A DNA stretch of 64,000 bases from NCBI RefSeq assembly GCF_009914755.1, contig NC_060929.1, one strand, 5' to 3'. Each line of letters begins with the position of its first letter. Positions within the stretch are counted from its first letter, which is position 1. A program made the position numbers and the translations under genes. Source of the DNA: the human T2T-CHM13v2.0 reference genome, Homo sapiens. Below, one piece after another: positions 58,989 to 64,000 of the stretch. The notes beneath the pieces are model-generated. The model had not been told where the DNA came from. It made no database searches and worked only from the letters and a program-made list of their open reading frames with translations.

Positions 58989-61838
58989 AACATACAAACA
59001 AAGCATTTGGAAAGGTAAACACTGATGTTTAGCACATATGGTAAGCCCTGAATAAATGTTAACTAATATTGATTATGGGTTATTATTTTCAGGACAGCCT
59101 CAGCTTGTAATGACTAAGCCAAGCTTATGTCAGATGCCCAGTTTGGGTTTCTATGCACTTTGCTTCATTTTCTAATCATTTCTGGCCACATGGGTCAAAT
59201 ATCCACTCTGCCCACAGTAGTCCTGCATCATACAAAGAGGGCTAGGCTGAGTAGACAGAGCAGTAGATGGTTTTAAAGACAAAATGATTCACAACACAGC
59301 TGAGATCTAACCAATTGAGATGCCATGTCTTTCCAAGACCAGAAAATTACACTACACTGTGAACTCATTGCAGTCTTGTCCACCTGCTGGGCCATGGAGC
59401 AGTGTCATGGAATCTCCAGGGAGCCTTTTATTTGAACCACTGATGGAATCCAGAGCACAAGAACCTGGGAAGTGTGATTGTGCATGTGTGTGTTTGTTGG
59501 ATGAGAGATGTGGAACAGCCACCAAGAAAAAAATAATATGCTCCTTGGATAAGACAGAGGATACTTCACACAAGGGTCTTCCTGGGTATCTATCTGCCCA
59601 CTTCTCCTGCCTCTGCTTGTCTCTTAGAGTATCTCAGAATGTCCTTCTGAGAAAGTCCCCTTAGATCATGCCATTGTTCATAAGCAACCTCAAGTGGGAC
59701 TTTCTGGCAGGTCCTAAGGGATGTCAACCATACTGTGCTGAGCATAAGTCCCACAGCAAGTGCAGGAATGAGTCTGCGGGGCTGTGTCTTGGCATGTCCT
59801 TCAGTAAAAGCCAAAGGCAATATTAAAGCACAACTGCTTAATTCACACGCTGCCAGTAGGAGTGAAAACTGGCACAACCTTTTTAGAGCACAATTTGGCA
59901 GTATTTTTCAAAACTAAAGATTTACCTACTCTTTAACTCAGGTTTTACTTCAAAACCTCAGTTCTTCAGAAGAAACATGCCCATGCATGCACAGAGGCAT
60001 AGGCACAAGCCTGTTTATTACAGCATGCCAGTAATAGGAGACAACTGGAAACAACCCAGGTACTCATCCAACTGCACAAAGATGCAAGGATGCTTGCTAC
60101 ATCAGGTTTATAACAGCAACAAAAAAAGCAAGGTGGTGCAAACTCTTTTGTAGGAGCTTTTATAAAATGGACGTGATTTAGTATGTAGTCTACAGTGGCA
60201 TGGAAAGGCTCCAAATATATATTAAGTGGAAAAAGTAGATTGCAAAGCATTAAATGCACTAAAATCCTTTTTGATAGCATACATATGGCAACAAGATCTG
60301 AATGAATGTATGGAGAAGTATTAACAGTTGTTATCTTGGTGGGGGAGGGGAGGGAGGTTACAGGAAACTTGTACTTTCTACATTATTTATTTCTATAGGG
60401 CTTGACTTCTTCATGATGAGGATACATTAATTTTGAATTTTAAAACAGTCAGAATGATTAAGGAACTATACATAAGCAAAACTGAGGATAAATCAATCCC
60501 AGAGCAGAGGTTATAACAGCATATGTGCAACAGCTGAGTTAGAGCGCAGTTTCAAAGATGCAGAGAGGCAGTTTGATTTGGGCTCTTTTGTGGGATCTTT
60601 AGTAGGCAGTGGTCAAGTTTTGCTAGAACCTGGGACATAGGCAGCTCAAGGGCCTGTTTTCCACTGAAGGCAGCAAACACCAACCAACCAGCACCTTGTG
60701 AGTCGCTCACTGATAGGGGAGTTCTGAGCATCAGAGCAGAGGGGTGGTTGTCTGGCCACCTGAATGCAGGGGCAGCCCCCTTCTTTTTCTTCCCATGGAG
60801 CTGGGGTGCAGAGGAAGTGGTCAAAGCCTGGTTGCCCCTTGAGAGCAGACCTGGGTCTGAGCCAACAGGGAAGGGTTTCCTTATAGCTCCATCCATCACC
60901 CAGGCGGGAAACTCTGAACAGATGATTTTCCATTCTTTCCTTCCTCCAAGAGGCCCCAAAAAAACTTTCATGTTTCCCTTTATGGCTCCCTAATTCTTCA
61001 AGTTTTGATTCAGGGTGAGCTGGATGAGAAAGATTGGATTACACACTGGGGGACGGTCAATTCTGGGATCCAGATGGCTGAGCAGACTCTGCTCACAGCT
61101 TCTTATGCTGTGTTGCTGTCTTAGTCTATTCAGCTGCTGTAACAAAATAACCTGGACTGGGTAAGTTATAAACAACAGGAATTTATTGCTCACAGTTCTA
61201 GAGGCTGGGCAAGTTCAAGATCAATGTGCCAGCAGATTCAGTGTCGGGTGAGGTGCCTCACAGATGGTATCTTCTGTGTCCTTCTGTGATGGAAGGACAA
61301 ACAAGCTGCCCCAGGCTTCTTTGATAAGGGCACTAATCCCCTTCATGAGGGCTCTGCCCTCGTGACTTATTCACTCCCAAAGGCCCTACCTCCGCATTAC
61401 CCTGGGAGCTAGGTTTCAACATATGAATTTACAAAGAACACAAACATTCAGACCATAGAATCATTTCTTGCAGATAAGCAGGCCAGGACAGAGTCCTCCT
61501 CCCTAGCAAGACATTATCAACTGCTCTAGAACCTGAGTCTGAGGAACAGCACGTGTGCCTCTTTTGAGTCAGTAAAGTCAGCTGGACCTGTTGGAAAGGT
61601 GGCATGGGGTGAGAAGTCTTTGCTTCCCTTAATCCCACCTCATCTGAGATCTGCTTCCAATTTTAATGTTGTTTCTGGGGAGAGGCCCAGAACTGTCTCT
61701 GAGCCTTTTTAACAGTGAGAAGATTTATACAAGTCATGTGAACTACCCTGAAATATTTAAAAGCTAACTCATGATGGAAGACCTTAGACCTATTCTGTGG
61801 GTTTCCAGAGGATATGTATCCTTGTCAATAGTGGGAAT

Positions 61839-62045
61839 GACCAACCTGGGCAACAAAGCAAGGTCCCATGTCTACAAAAAAATGTAAAAATTAGCTGGGC
61901 ACAGTGGTATGTGCCTGTAGTCCCAGTCATTTGGGCGGCTGAGGCAGGAGGATCTTTTGAGCCCAGGAGTTTGAGGCTGCAAGTGAGTTATGATTGTGCC
62001 ACTGCACTCCAGCCTGGGTGGCAGGGCAACACCCTATCTCAAAAA
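61839..62045 (+). mobile_element. Alu SINE, 5'-truncated (from mid left arm).
   Basis: GACCAACCTGGGCAACAAAGCAAGGTCCCATGTCTACAAAAAAATGTAAAAATTAGCTGGGCACAGTGG...CACTGCACTCCAGCCTGGGTGGCAGGGCAACACCCTATCTC. Confidence 0.9.
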
Positions 62046-62760
62046 GAATAGTAATGATAATAAAATGGGGATGGGTTATAGGGGAAGTGGGGCATTTTTG
62101 ACTCATTGTAAGGAATTACCTAAGAAACTGAGTATATAAAGGAATGAACCATTTCCTACAGCAGCAGTGAGTTCCCTGTCACAGGAAGAGTGTAAGCAGA
62201 GAGCTGATGGCCATTGTCAGGCTTGTTAGAGGATGACTAGGATGCTCTAACAAGGAGGGAATGTTGTTCCCTTCCAGAATTTCATTCGAATATGAGATGT
62301 ATGAGAATAGGGACTGCATCTGCTTGTCCATGGCTGTACACCAGTTACATGAGCAATGCTTGTGTAGAGGATGTTTGGTGTGTATTTTTGAACAGGGAAG
62401 TAAAATAATGATCGAAGGGAGGAAACTGAAGCTCCGTGTCATCTTTACCTAGCACACAGCTTGCTGCATAGCAACAGAAACTTGCCTCTCAGGGTGTCTA
62501 TGTGGATCCTTAGAATTCTCTTTTTTTCCCCAAATCCAAGTTAATAGTCCTATCATCTGGAAACCTGGATGCTCTATGATCTTCAGCATCATTCAAATCT
62601 GTCTGAGTTTCAGAAATGACTACTCAACATTATGGATGAATTAGGCTTTAAAACATTCAGATTTGGGCTGTTCTCAGAACACATAGCAGCATAGCAAGGC
62701 ATCAAAGTTTTGGGCTTTGGATTCATACAGACTTGACTCTATCACTTAAAAGTGTGACTT

Positions 62761-63070
62761 TGGCTGGGTATGGTGGTTCACACCTGTAATCCCAGCACTT
62801 TGGGAGCCTAAGGCAGGAGAATCACTTGAGCCCAGGAGTTTGAGACCATCCTGGGCAATGTAGGGAGACCCCATCCCTACAAAAAATAAAAACAAATAAC
62901 TCAGGCTTGGTAGCATCTGCCTGTGGTCCCGGCTACTGGGGAGGCTGAGGTTGGAGGATCACTTGTGTCTGGGTGGTCGAGGCTGCAGTGAGCTATATGA
63001 TTGAGCCACTGCACTTTAGCCTGGGCATCAGAGTGAGACTCTGTCTCAAATAATAAATAATAATAATAAT
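62761..63070 (+). mobile_element. Alu SINE with a (TAA)n tail.
   Basis: GGCTGGGTATGGTGGTTCACACCTGTAATCCCAGCACTTTGGGAGCC...GAGACTCTGTCTCAAATAATAAATAATAATAATAAT. Confidence 0.95.
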
Positions 63071-63382
63071 ATGATTTTGAGCAAATGGCCTTCTCATGTT
63101 GCTTTCAACCTCAGTTTTCTCACCTGTGAAATAGGGGCAATAACAATACACTTAACAGTACACTCAAATTACTGTCAAAATTACTATTTCATATGCCTGT
63201 CTCACAGCCACATGAGGGAAGGTTCTCCATTTTAAGCTGCTAATCACCCCTAAGCTGTTAGTCCCAGGCTCAGAGCTTGGTGGCAGCTCAAATTGCAGAC
63301 CTAGAAAAACAGTTTGGGAAGAGACTCAGGGCTCATCAGGCAGTTGTCAGGCAGTGAAGATTAGCGAGTAGAGAACAAGATT

Positions 63383-64000
<618 letters not shown>

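Overview
This window is human genomic DNA, not a prokaryotic or accessory-island sequence. It matches chromosome 5q31.1, carrying the 3' two-thirds of TGFBI and the Pol III gene VTRNA2-1. The evidence and limits are as follows.

- **TGFBI (+ strand).** Exons 7-17 are present (aa ~257-683 of keratoepithelin/BIGH3, FAS1 domains 2-4 and the C-terminal RGD). Every exon translates without frameshift into the protein sequence I know for TGFBI. All splice junctions are canonical AG/GT. The stop codon is TAG at 14659-14661 and an AATAAA signal lies ~575 nt into the 3'UTR.
- **VTRNA2-1 / nc886 / pre-miR-886 (- strand, 31954-32055).** This ~101-nt Pol III vault-RNA gene has intragenic A and B boxes and a T4 terminator. 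It sits inside a ~1.9-kb CpG-dense island (~30.5-32.5 kb) that stands out sharply from the AT-rich, repeat-rich surroundings. I recognise this island as the polymorphically imprinted nc886 DMR.
- **Everything else is intronic or intergenic.** It is dominated by primate repeats: about 15 Alu copies, three L1 fragments (one with a recognisable ORF2 reverse-transcriptase remnant), MaLR LTRs (THE1-like, and an MST-like LTR carrying an Alu insertion with target-site duplication), and several (CA)n/(GT)n microsatellites. The window ends before SMAD5.
- **The six-frame ORF track.** It is almost entirely spurious for a mammalian locus. Only ORF pieces overlapping the TGFBI exons are genuinely coding. 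Long ORFs inside the CpG island and inside microsatellites are composition artefacts.
- **No CRISPR, operon, tRNA or rRNA.** I see nothing that justifies calling a novel biological system.
- **What is worth a second look.** These are structural and regulatory observations:
  - a ~25.6-kb Alu-free stretch centred on the imprinted island;
  - a strong CTCF-like motif ~2 kb from VTRNA2-1;
  - two stacked Alu-bounded tandem duplications at 42.8-44.4 kb;
  - the CpG-containing hotspot codon R555, which is wild type here.
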